The notes beneath the pieces were generated by a model that was not told where the DNA came from, did not search any database, and was given only the letters and a program-made list of their open reading frames with translations. A program made the translations under genes and the position numbers. Of a stretch of DNA of 64,000 nucleotides, positions 40,188-53,000 are shown one piece after another. Each line of letters starts with the position of its first letter. Position 1 is the stretch's first letter. The DNA lies in contig NW_026782084.1 in NCBI RefSeq assembly GCF_031769215.1, forward strand, positions 62,001 through 126,000, written 5' to 3'. The DNA comes from Ylistrum balloti. Taxonomy: Eukaryota.

Positions 40188-42889
40188 ATGAAGATGAATA
40201 CGTTTTTCAACAAATCCTTTCTCCTACTTTGCCATGTAATCTTGTTAGTGTCTGCTGGAGGAAGTTCTGAAATGATGAAGAAAATGATGGGAGGTATGTA
40301 AATACTGTCAGATTTGCATTTTAGTATTTAACTATAATATCATTTCTATTTTTCCATTTAATGTTCATTCCTTATTAAAACATTTTTGCGACTACTTTTA
40401 TATTTCTATTCATCAAGCTAATCAACAGTATAGACGATTTTACTTGAATGTACATTTGAACTAATCATTCTGTTTAAGTTGTTGATATTGGATAATAACT
40501 ATGTATTCCATTCATAAACGTATGCTTGGAAATAGCATAGAATGGTCGATGCAAAATATGATTTTATTCCAGGAAAAATGATGGGAATGCCAGCAATGCC
40601 GAAATCTATGGAAGGTATGTCTGCTGGTATGATGATGTCCATGTCTAATCCAATGATGCCAATGGGAGCAATGCCAATGGGTAGTATGCCGGTGAGCATG
40701 GGAATGAAGCCAATGGGCGGTATGGGAGGAATGCCTGCTGGTGGAAATCCTTCTGGAATGAAACCTGCAGGTCCGGCTCCTGACGAAATGGAAGGAATGG
40801 GTGCAGGCGAAGAGGCTGGAGCAGCAGCTAGTGCCCAGAAAGGAGGCAGCATGACGAACAATGTCATGATGATGATGGCTCCAATGGGCGGCGGCATGGG
40901 TGGAATGGGCATGATGCCAGGGGCAATGTCTCCGATGATGAAATACATGATGAAAAATAGGATGATGATGATGGGCGGTATGGCAATGAGACCCATGGGA
41001 AGTATGTCCATGGGTGGCATGAAACCGATGTACATGAAACCTACCGGAGGTATGCCAATGGGAGGTATGATGTCAGGTATGCCAATGGGTGGCATGAAAC
41101 CGATGGGCATGAAACCTACCGGAGGTATGCCAATGGGAGGTATGCCAATGGGTGGCATGAAACCGATGTACATGAAACCTACCGGAGATATGCCAATGGG
41201 AGGTATGCCAATGGGAGGTATGCCGAAGGGAGGTATGCCAATGGGTGGCATGAAATCGATGGGAGGTATGCCAATGGGAGGTATGCCAATGGGTGGCATG
41301 AAGTCGATGGGAGGTATGCCAATGGGTGGCATGAAACCGATGGGCATGAAACCTATGGGAGGTATGTCAGGTATGCCTATGGGTGGAATGAAACCGATGG
41401 GTATGAAACCTATGGAAGGTATGATGTCAGGTATGCCTAGTGGTGGAATGAAACCAATGGGCATGAAACCTATGGGAGGTATGATGGGTGGTATGCCAAT
41501 GGAAGGAATGATGGGTGGTATGCCAATGGGAGGAATGATGGGTGGTATGCCTATGGAAGGAATGAAACCTATGGGTATGAAACCTATGGGAGGTATGATG
41601 TCAGGTATGCCTATGGGTGGAATGGAACCAATGGGCATGAAACCTATGGGAGGTATGATGTCAGTTATGCCTATGGGTGGCATGAAACCGATGGGCATGA
41701 AACCTATGGGAGGTATGATGTCAGGTATGCCTATGGGTGGAATGAAGCCGATGGGCATGAAACCTATGGAAGGTATGATGGGTGGTATGCCTATGGAAGG
41801 AATGAAACCGATGGGTATGAAACCTATGGGAGGTATGATGGGTGGAATGCCAATGGAAGGAATGATGGGTGGTATGCCAATGGGAGGAATGATGGGTGGT
41901 ATGCCTATGGGTGGAATGAAACCGATGGGTATGAAACCTATGGGAGGTATGATGGGTGGTATGCCAATGGAAGGAATGATGGGTGGTATGCCGATGGGAG
42001 GAATGATGGGTGGTATGCCTATGGAAGGAATGATGGGTGGTATGCCTATGGAAGGTATGCCTATGGGAGGTATGAAATCAAGTGGTATGGAACCTATGAA
42101 AGGCATGATGGGTGGTATGCCTAAGGAAGGTATGAAACCTATGTCACCCATGCCGTCGAATTCGAAACGTAAGTAAAACAATTTGAATCACACGCTTTAG
42201 TTGTGAATATAATGAATCTTTGAGATATCTTCCTTTTCCCATTTATGAATTTATGAATCAAACATGATATTCTAAAATGGAAATGTGTTCTTGTTCTAAA
42301 CGGAGATGAATACGGGTTGCTTCGGGAGGTCAAGGTCGAGCCCATATTAAACGGGAAATATTTTATTCCATTTTTAGCTTAAATTCTCAAATCAATAACA
42401 ATGAAACATGACATGTTTATGTTAGCAATCTTTAAAGGCTATCAATTTAGGTCAAATGTCAAATAGTTAGAACGCATGTTATTTGCATATGAGAGGATAC
42501 AAGTAATAATCTACAATCGTACAATCGGTGGCCAATTGAAAAGATAATTATCTTATTTACTCTTTGGTTCAAACACAGATGATTTGTTTCTTTGGGGCCT
42601 CCCTTAAAACTATTTTATTACTATTTGTTTTCATCATCGAACGCGATTGATATCGCCTGATCACTTTCTGCTATCACTTGTTCAAACTATTCCACTGTAT
42701 TTCACCTGTATCTTGATTAAGTTACAGGTGCAAGTTTGTATAAATAAGAAAAAATCATATGTATTCAGATCAATGAAGATAATAATACTAATATATATAT
42801 ATACATTTATCTTAAATATTTATATTTATGAATTTTACTGGCACTTCTGTAATGAAGAATATTTTTTTCTTTCAGGAGGATCATACTAA
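40188..42889 (+). CDS. Secreted Met/Gly/Pro/Lys-rich repeat protein (~571 aa; MPMGG, MKPMG, GMMGG repeats)
   Basis: Exons 40188-40293 (MKMNTFFNKSFLLLCHVILLVSAGGSSEMMKKMMG G|gtatgt), 40573-42168 (ttccag|..1596 nt..SNSK C|gtaagt), 42876-42889 (tttcag|RGSY*); AATAAA at 42968-42973. Frames all close. Confidence 0.88.
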
Positions 42890-43569
42890 CGCCTCGGCAA
42901 ATACCAAACATTCTGTTCATCAACTTCATGTCATACTCAGTCTTTCGTGATTTCTTACATATGGAGCAATAAATCTTAATTACAAATGCAGATTTTTATC
43001 ATTTTGTGTTTTTATTTTCGACAGTGCAGCATACACATAATAATACCGAAAAATGATTTGATGCAGAAAGGTTTAATCGATATGACGTCATTTTGTGTAT
43101 ATATTGAAGTATAAAAATGTTTTTCTATGATATCCTTAAACGTGAATGTATTAATAACACTGGAATGATAAACTTCACGTGCAATAATAGATTAATTGGG
43201 AAATTAAACAGCAGAGATTAATTGAAACTTCAAAATGAACAGATGAAGCATAAACCATATCGCAACACCATTGACTTCCTAGATAAATACCGAGACTATT
43301 TCATATCATCCGATCATCAACTCACATTAATCACAATGGAAATATCTTTTTGATTTTTAACCGAAACATCTGCGGACAAGCTTATCTTCAATGAGTTTGG
43401 TGTAGACTATTCTCTTATTTGTGGGAACAGACTGTATACCTCTCCTGGATGATTTGTTTTTGTTTTTTAACAATGCTTATTTTCATCAAATCAGGTCACA
43501 AAAACCTTGTCAAGTCCTTCAGTTCACTTTAAGATATATTGATTGATAATGTTTTATAATAACACGAAA

Positions 43570-43910
43570 GGAATTTATGAAACATGTCATTCACATATAC
43601 ATATCAAAACTGGAAAGCAAGGACAAGACCATTCTTCTACATCAGCCATTTACTTCGATCTTTTCTCTTCAAAAAAGCGAACATAGGGAACTATCAACAA
43701 AACTGTATGATAAGCGTGATGACTTCAATCTTACTTTTTCAAATTGTAAATTTTCTATTTCCTGATAGCAACGTACCTGCCTTCCAAAACTTTTGTTTTT
43801 ACATGTCGCAGTTGATTCGATATTCAAGGGCTTTTACCCAATATCATTATGCAAGCTGCCGACAGCTGACAAATAAAATCATAGGAGAGGGTTTCGAGGA
43901 ATAAAGGTTA
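43570..43910 (+). mobile_element. Penelope-like RT C-terminal remnant
   Basis: LSTKLYDKRDDFN and SNVPA...YMSQLIRYSRA...LTNKIIGEGF in two frames; same family as 29000-29520. Confidence 0.8.
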
Positions 43911-44599
43911 AAGAAGTTTTGCGATCTTTACCATTATCACGTGTGGAAATGTTTGATTTATTTCTGGTCTTTGTGCGATATGAAGTTGGACGCGTTTAAT
44001 GTTTGTTAGAATGGATTGTAGTTCCGTTGTTGCCGATCTTTTTGAATGTGACATCAATAACTGGAATTGATCAAGATTTTGAACAGGAGTGTCATTGAGG
44101 AAGCTGAAGATGCTTTCAGGGGTCTCCTTGTTAATCTTTCTTCCGTTCATGTATACATGGCCATACGTTTAGGACCATCCATATCTTAGATTGGGTTTCT
44201 TTTATTCGCCGTATTACAAATATTCAAGGACAACTCAATAGAATGTATAAGAATGTTTTATGCATCTAGCTAAGTTATACACAGTCTGAAAGAAGACATT
44301 TACAGAACGGGAAGAGTTGTATCATTTTAAAAAGATGTCCTCAAATAGGCATTTCCGAAGTCTTGAAAAAACTGTTACTTTAACAGTCTCTTATTAAGAA
44401 ACACATCATCAAATCGCCAAAACATGTTACTAGATCAAGACGAATTATGAATCAATGACTTCAATTGGGTATTGAAATATCAACATCGGGTATAGCCAAC
44501 ACGCTTTCTTGCTGGTATAATTCTTGTGTCTGTTTCCTTATAACATTGATCAGACGCTAAAGCTTAATCTGAGGAAACGTTTGTCACTCTTAAATCAAT

Positions 44600-45500
44600 G
44601 CAACCGGTTAATTCTCCATTTGTTTTGACATTTTGGATCCCATGCATTGACGTTTTGCCCCACTCATGCTCAAATGGGGTCATGTATGTCGAAATTGCAG
44701 ACCTTGGGAGTGTCACTATCACTTCTTGTTAAAGATAGCCCGATCTGTCAAGGATGGGCATCGGAATGCAGAACAACTGAGGGTCGCAAAATCTTATAAC
44801 GGTACTCCTGCTCATTTACAGTTCCACCAAGGACATGAAAGAGAAGTTTATAGTTTAGACAATAGCTCCTCGAAAGAGTAACACAGCCACCAACAAATAT
44901 TTGTGTCAGGAACGTGATTCTGATAGTATACTGTCCTTCTAGTCTCAAAAAAAAGGACATCGCCATCTGTCAAACTAAGTAAAAAGTGGAATCCATCAGA
45001 CTTGTACACTCTTTGCCAAGACCTATTACTCCACGCCCGACGATCACGTGCCCATGACAATGCCGCTTGTTTGACCCTTCAAGTCAACACAGGACGTTTT
45101 ACTGGTCAGTGCTTCTGTCGGTCACCGCCTAACACGAACCTTAACGATCTACTGTCCTCTACCCTGTTGGCAGTTGTGAATGATGCTCGCCTTGCCTGTC
45201 TAAACAGAAGAATTTGACAGACCTGGGACTCGTCAACATGCCTTTTTTTAGTTCAGCTACTGCAATAAGCGGAAAATAACAAAATGGTTGACATTAAAAC
45301 GTGCGGCATCTTGTTTGCATATTGTACCACCTTGAACCATTCTAGAAAATTTCCATTTTCAACATTTGCCAATTTTCGAATTGCATGTGTATAGCCTATC
45401 GGCAATGCACATGCAAACGTCACTTCAGGTGGTGAGGCAAACTCATGTTTTGTTAAAGTACGGGGTGTGTTCAGTTATCTTTAAAACGGGCGTATCGTTT
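44600..45500 (-). mobile_element. Degenerate Tc1-like transposase
   Basis: Fragments WARDRRAWSNRSWQRVYKSD..F.L..TDG, VGGCV, GTVNEQEYRYKILRP and MTPFEHEW match the Tc1 DD34E layout (WARxHxxWxxxxWxxVxFSDES..GGGSV..Y..IL..PIEHxW); broken by frameshifts. Confidence 0.8.
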
Positions 45501-46574
45501 GGTGGCATACGGTACCAAACACGGGAGGCACTGCAAGGAGACGACTAAGTTTATCTTATATAAGGCAAAGTTCAAGTTTTATCCAAATTTTGGTGCCATA
45601 GGGTTTCAGTTGGGATCGAGATTCTTTTTATTTTATTTGTTTATTTATTTATTTAATTTTTTTTAAATATTGGTATTTTTTCTTTGTTATTATTGGATTA
45701 AGGACAGCAACTTCATTTCTTGAGTAGGTAATACCAATTTGTATTGCTTTTCGGTTCCAGACGTTTATGCGTATCAAAGCATTAATTGCGAAAGTTTCTT
45801 GATGTAAATTCATCTAAAAGGAACAAAAAGAGCTATATTTACCATCAAATGACATCACAAATAATGGTTTTGTCCGCTACGTAAAGGTAAACACGTAATC
45901 ATTGCTTTCTTACAAGTAAGTCTTCAGTCAGATCACCACTTTGTATTTTGGATTATGCTTAACTGTCTCCAACGTCAAAATGTTCATATTGTTTTTGTTG
46001 TTAATTAGTAACTACTTTAAATTTCTCCGATATTTAAATCAAACTGACATCACCATTTATTGAACATATATTATCCTGAACTAAATTCTACTATCAAAAA
46101 TTGATAAATGTAAATATAAAAATTGTAAAAGGACCCCTTATACGTAAACAATGTCTCTATATGGAAATAGCTGTTAGGTGAATCATATTTACGTCGATAA
46201 ATCGAAAGACACACAGGTAAATAGCACTTTACAGAGCTAATTTAGAACTAGAGGCAAATTGAGTATCTACATATATATATATTTTTGTTCATCGATAATA
46301 GCTGAAATTATACTTTCCTGTGTACACGCTTTGTAAATATTAAGTCAATTAGTGAAAGGGGGCATTTATGTGTCCGACCTGAACAAATATAGATCAATAG
46401 AAAAGATACCATCATAAAAACAAACAACAAAAACAAGATTTGTTTATGTAACAGTATACCCTCGGTTGCAACAAAATTCTAAAGAGGAGCATTAAAACTG
46501 TACTTTGTAAGGCATGTGCTAACTTAATGCACACTTTGTGAAACACTTAATTGTGATAAAGCGGTTTTTTTTTT

Positions 46575-47020
46575 ACTTTCAAATGTAGGTCATAGGTCAA
46601 AGGTCTCATGGTCACACCAGAAAAGTCGTGTGACAAGGAACAAGCATGCCAAATATAGTGCAACAGTTATGTCCAGGGTTAAAAAAATCAAATTCAAAGG
46701 TGAGGATCAAGGTCACACGGTCAAAAAACTTGATACCACCAAAACGCTCTTGTAAGAAGTAACATACATGCCAAATATGAAAATTCACGCATTATGGAGC
46801 AAAGTTAATGCAAATGTTTAATAAAAAAAAAAAAAAAGATATGTTAAGTCATAGGTCACGATGAAGATCACATGGTGAAAACATTTTGGTTCCACCGGGA
46901 AGGTATTGTCACTAGACACATACATGCCAAATATGAAAGCCCTACCTCTTACGGTGCAAAAGTCATAGGCAAGGTTCAACACACAACACAAAAAAAATCT
47001 TTCGATCCGGGAGTATTAAA
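46575..47020. repeat. Dispersed repeat with three diverged subunits (family unassigned)
   Basis: Three aggtca..catgccaaatat(g)a subunits followed by ttcgatccgggag; resembles abundant bivalve non-autonomous elements I have seen. Confidence 0.55.
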
Positions 47021-47159
47021 ACAAAAAGATTAGAGACTCAACAAAACCGGTCTGATAACCGAGGTGAGAAGGTGATTCAGTCAGAATCTCTGATGACCAC
47101 CTTTTTATGTAATCAGACTCATCAACTTAATTTGATCGATTGTATGATAATAAATACGT

Positions 47160-48105
47160 TGCAGCATAATATGACTGATACAACACCTCGCATACAACAG
47201 AATCATCTATATACACATTAACATAACATGACTGATACAACACCTCGCATACAACAGAATCATCTATATACACATTAACACAATATGACTGATACAACAC
47301 CTCGCATACAACAGAATCATCTATATACACATTAACATAACATGACTGATACAACACCTCGCATACAACAGAATCATCTATATACACATTAACACAATAT
47401 GACTGATACAACACCTCGCATACAACAGAATCATCTATATACACATTAACATAACATGACTGATACAACACCTCGCATACAACAGAATCATCTATATACA
47501 CATTAACACAATATGACTGATACAACACCTCACATACAACAGAATCATCTATATACACATTAACATAATATGACTGATACAACACCTCACATACAACAGA
47601 ATCATCTTGATACACATTAACATAACATGACTGATACAACACCTCACATACAACAGAATCATCTTGATACACATTAACATAACATGACTGATACAACACC
47701 TCACATACAACAGAATCATCTATATACACATTAACATAATATGACTGATACAACACCTCACATACAACAGAATCATCTTGATACACATTAACATAACATG
47801 ACTGATACAACACCTCACATACAACAGAATCATCTATATACACATTAACATGATATGACTGATACAACACCTCACATACAACAGAATCATCTATATACAC
47901 ATTAACATAATATGACTGATACAACACCTCACATACAACAGAATCATCTTTATACACATTAACATAATATGACTGATACAACACCTCACATACAACAGAA
48001 TCATCTATATACACATTAACATAATATGACTGATACAACACCTCACATACAACAAATTTATCTACATCCACATTAACATAATTTCACTGATACAACACCT
48101 CGTAT
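47160..48105. repeat. 57-bp minisatellite, ~17 copies
   Basis: Unit tgactgatacaacacctc(g/a)catacaacagaatcatctatatacacattaacataa(t/c)a; the 314-aa minus-strand ORF is its by-product. Confidence 0.95.
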
Positions 48106-48150
48106 ACTACAACCTATGCCGTTTTCTGCGCTTAACAGTTTAAGCCTTAA

Positions 48151-48190
48151 TCACTGACGAGTCCCAGAAGGACTAAACACTTGTCAGTGT
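48151..48190 (+). ncRNA. Degenerate solo hammerhead copy (G12 to U)
   Basis: tca ctgacga gtcc cagaa ggac taaa cacttgtc; downstream flank resembles the flank of the array (35230-35330). Confidence 0.55.
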
Positions 48191-48828
48191 TATTCATAAT
48201 TTGACTCCTTCTAATTCAAACTTTGTATTGAAGGTACTATTGTGTGTCCTCTTTACAATCTCATTAAGGGATTCATTTGTGACCGTAAAATAAAACTTAT
48301 TTGTGAGATAGTGTTAATAGTGAATAATACAACGACATGGGGGAAAACAATATTGATAAGAGGTATTAGTCTTAGTTCCGGTATAAATTTTTAATGTAAT
48401 CTTATTCTGATGAAAACTTAAAGCAGATGAAAATATCTGATAATGTAGATTTCAGTAAACAGAACTGTGTCACTCTGGTGAATCAGCAATGAAATGAATC
48501 ACGGCTGAACAGATATTATACAGGAACATGGACATATAAAACATGCAATTTCTTCACAAGCAAGAAAAATCGTACGGTTGTAATTACTTCGTGTTAATTC
48601 AATGTTAAGCCATAGTTGTGGTTGTTGATGCGTTAACGCGCACGTGTATCTCTATTTTACCTGTAGCCTTCCTTTGATTTGCGACAATTTACCTGTACTT
48701 GTAACGATTTCCGGAAGTATTTTCAACTACAACAAACAGGTCGGTGGCCCCGAAGATGTTACTTGTCTTTAATGAAGATGTTTTGTGGTTCAATTAACTT
48801 TTAAAATAAATTCTCTATGTTCAGTATC

Positions 48829-48942
48829 TATAAATTGCCTGTCGTTCACCTCTGGTTTGGTACTGCTTATTCGTGTCTCCGTTTGCCCACAAGCCCACTT
48901 CACGGACAGAAATATATAACAGCAGACATCTGTGCACTCAAA
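48829..48942 (+). promoter_or_regulatory. TATA box and probable non-coding first exon of the gene at 50077
   Basis: tataaat 48829-48835; donor aaa|gtgagt at 48942; acceptor cacgtttcag at 50064. Confidence 0.5.
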
Positions 48943-50076
48943 GTGAGTAAAACGGATTATCATTACGTTAAGTATTGTGCTAAGTAATATCAACTTTCTG
49001 CTTGTCTTTTTAATCAGAATATCATTATTTATTTTTTTTTTAATATCCTTATTCTAATTATCAGTCTAAACTTCATCGTGGAATAAGGTGCGCTGTCTTT
49101 ATAGAATAGATTTAGTTTTTATGTAATTAATTGATATCGTCAAGATTAAAAGTCTATAGCGGTATATCTAAACGTTTCTATATCAATTAAGTAAGATTGT
49201 TTCAGTTTCAAAACCTGTGAGATAAGAAATGTATCTCATATATTGATTTGGTTATTTACAACAGATAAAACAATTGTTGAATGGGATTCAGGATGTTTTA
49301 ATTTAGTATTTAAGTGTTGTGTTTACTAATATATTTAATATTATATATCATATACATTTTTATTTTAGTATTTTAGTATAATTGTACTTTAACGTTTCGT
49401 CTTAAAAATGCATTCGTCTGCGATTGGTTATAAATTTACATTTTAATATTAATACAAATTTGTATGATTTCATTTTTATGGTTTATTGTCTAATTATACT
49501 TTAAAAATTCCTATGACGTCAGCTTGAAAGTTTTGTATGATTATGCTTATTTTGAATGTTAAGATTAAGTATTTGTGTTTAAAAAAACTATCTAAGTATC
49601 GTGTGAGGTACGATTGGTTTAAATCTGTTAGATTCCATGTTTAGATAGTAAAATTAAAGTATAATCATACATCTTATCCCTAGTGTTATGCAAGAAATAG
49701 TCATCATTTAATATGCTTAAAGTTTTTGGAAATGGATATCAAGTGTTTGTATTATAATAATTTTCTCGTTCGTTTTCAATAAGACATATTTCCTGTATAA
49801 TTAAATACAGCTAATACTGATTTGGGCGAGATCATGTTAAAATGTCTATCTACGCTTAATTTTGTTGTTTAAATTCCTTGTAGTCAAAAATGTTAAACAA
49901 ATATTTGTCAAAATTCGATAACAGTATTTTGCTGACTAAAATATATGCTTCAAAAGCGTGAAAATTCAAACATTGTTTAAACAATTATTCTATATAAATA
50001 ACCAAACAATAAACCTTAATTTATGAGATATTTCTCTTTAACACTGCTATTTTTCACGTTTCAGACCTGAAACAAG

Positions 50077-53000
50077 ATGCTGTCTATAACACTATTCCTG
50101 AAACCGTTTCTTTTGCTGGGACTTGTGTTTGGCTACAGTGCGGGTGGTACTGGAGGTGCCGGAGGTAAAGGAGGTAAGACATGTCTATACACCACACTTG
50201 TTTACTGTCCTGTAATATAAAATGCATTTATGTTCCTATGAATACATCCAGAATAACACGAGTTAATGGTAGCCATGACAGGAAATAAAATTAAATAGCG
50301 GTATGTTTAACAAAACCTACATGATTTGTCAGATCCGTTCTTTCTGTGAAGAATTATTATTGAGTAAATGTTTAAGGGACTAAATGATAAGATTTTGTTA
50401 TTTTTCCCGTGCGTTTATTTTCGGGCAAGCATTGAAATGCTTAAAATTGGACTCTTCACAAAATTATAACACTCTCTGAGGAAAATTGATAAAGATTATC
50501 AGCATCAAACCAACGCTAGTCGACACTCGCTATTGTGTCTATCAATCATCGCTGTTTTGACGTTGTTAATAAAATGGTTATCCAAACTTTACAATATCAT
50601 AATTATCAGAGAGTACAAAAATTTTAACATATATTTAAATTTTGTAATATTTTTATCAGTTATGATATTTATACCTAACCATTTAGTCCCTTTGAATAAA
50701 AAGGTTGTATTGCTTTCAGATAAACTCTCTTTGCATAATATTTTACAAAATGTTCAAGATGTTGTAATATTTTTCAATGATAAAAGAAGATTAATCGGGA
50801 AAACTACTAGAAGATATCGTACGTAATTTATAGAAGACATTTTGTGTGTACATTGTGGACAGGGGTTTAACTTTAAAATCTGAATGGATGTTCATGTACC
50901 ATTAATTGGCTAGACTAGCAAACGGCTCCTATATCAATATCAGGATATAATTATTCCTAGACCAAGATTAATGATATATTTGGTAGTTCGCTAGTACACT
51001 GGCTATGTATCGCTAGCTTTATTATGTCTAATTAAACATTGAAAAACAACAGGTTTTATAACTGATCTCATGTGCATCATAAAGAAATATTCTCTGTATG
51101 ACATGTTTGTGTTGTGTATATAAGATTAGGGTCCTCTCTATATGACATTTTTGTGTTGTTGTGTATATAAGATTAGGGTCCTCTCTGTATGACATTTTTG
51201 TGTTGTTGTGTATATAAGATTAGGGTCCTCGCTGTATGACATGTTTGTGTTGTTGTGTATATAAGATTAGGGTCCTCTCTATATGACATGTTTGTGTTGT
51301 TGTGTATATAAGATTAGGGTCCTCTCTATATGACATGTTTGTGTTGTTGTGTATATAAGATTAGGGTCCTGTCTATATGACATGTTTGTGTTGTGTATAT
51401 AAGATTAGGGTCCTCTCTATATGACATTTTTGTGTTGTTGTGTATATAAGATTAGGGTCCTCGCTGTATGACATGTTTGTGTTGTTGTGTATATAAGATT
51501 AGGGTCCTGTCTATATGACATGTTTGTGTTGTTGTGTATATAAGATTAGGGTCCTGTCTATATGACATGTTTGTGTTGTTGTGTATATAAGATTAGGGTC
51601 CTCGCTGTATGACATGTTTGTGTTGTTGTGTATATAAGATTAGGGTCCTCGCTGTATGACATGTTTGTGTTGTTGTGTATATAAGATTAGGGTCCTGTCT
51701 GTATGACATGTTTGTGTTGTTGTGTATATAAGATTAGGGTCCTCTCTATATGACATGTTTGTGTTGTTGTGTATATAAGATTAGGGTCCTCTCTATATGA
51801 CATGTTTGTGTTGTGTATATAAGATTAGGGTCCTCTCTATATGACATGTTTGTGTTGTTGTGTATATAAGATTAGGGTCCTCTCTATATGACATGTTTGT
51901 GTTGTTGTGTATATAAGATTAGGGTCCTCGCTGTATGACATGTTTGTGTTGTTGTGTATATAAGATTAGGGTCCTCTCTATATGACATGTTTGTGTTGTG
52001 TATATAAGATTAGGGTCCTGTCTATATGACATGTTTGTGTTGTTGTGTATATAAGATTAGGGTCCTCGCTGTATGACATGTTTGTGTTGTTGTGTATATA
52101 AGATTAGGGTCCTCGCTGTATGACATGTTTGTGTTGTTGTGTATATAAGATTAGGGTCCTGTCTGTATGACATGTTTGTGTTGTTGTGTATATAAGATTA
52201 GGGTCCTCTCTATATGACATGTTTGTGTTGTTGTGTATATAAGATTAGGGTCCTGTCTATATGACATTTTTGTGTTGTTGTGTATATAAGATTAGGGTCC
52301 TCTCTATATGACATTTTTGTGTTGTTGTGTATATAAGATTAGGGTCCTCTCTATATGACATGTTTGTGTTGTGTATATAAGATTAGGGTCCTCTCTATAT
52401 GACATTTTTGTGTTGTTGTGTATATAAGATTAGGGTCCTCTCTATATGACATGTTTGTGTTGTTGTGTATATAAGATTAGGGTCCTCTCTATATGACATT
52501 TTTGTGTTGTTGTGTATATAAGATTAGGGTCCTCTCTATATGACATTTTTGTGTTGTTGTGTATATAAGATTAGGGTCCTCGCTGTATGACATGTTTGTG
52601 TTGTTGTGTATATAAGATTAGGGTCCTCTCTATATGACATTTTTGTGTTGTGTATATAAGATTAGGGTCCTGTCTGTATGACATATTTGTGTTGTTGTGT
52701 ATATAAGATTAGGGTCCTCTCTGTATGACATGTTTGTGTTGTGTACAGAAGATTCAAAGAATTTATTTATTTTTTTTTTTATTTTTTGAAGGCGCTAACG
52801 GTGGAGGAAAAGATGGAGGTACAGGAAAGTCTGGTATGGGAGGCGAAGCAGGAGGAGCCATGATGATGCCATCTGGTAATCTTTGTTTCCGACATCCCTC
52901 TGTAATAACAATCAGATAAGATGAATTATGAGATACGTGTTAAGCTGTTTTAGATCCGAAATCATATACAAGAAATTCTGGACAGCGTCCATCACTTTAA

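Noticed and set aside
48629-48646. Palindrome gcgttaacgc followed by E-box cacgtg upstream of the 48829 TATA
   Set aside because: Single short motif without a second copy or conservation evidence.
51092-52745. Interstitial telomere
   Set aside because: Only one TTAGGG per 47-bp unit; no (TTAGGG)n run.
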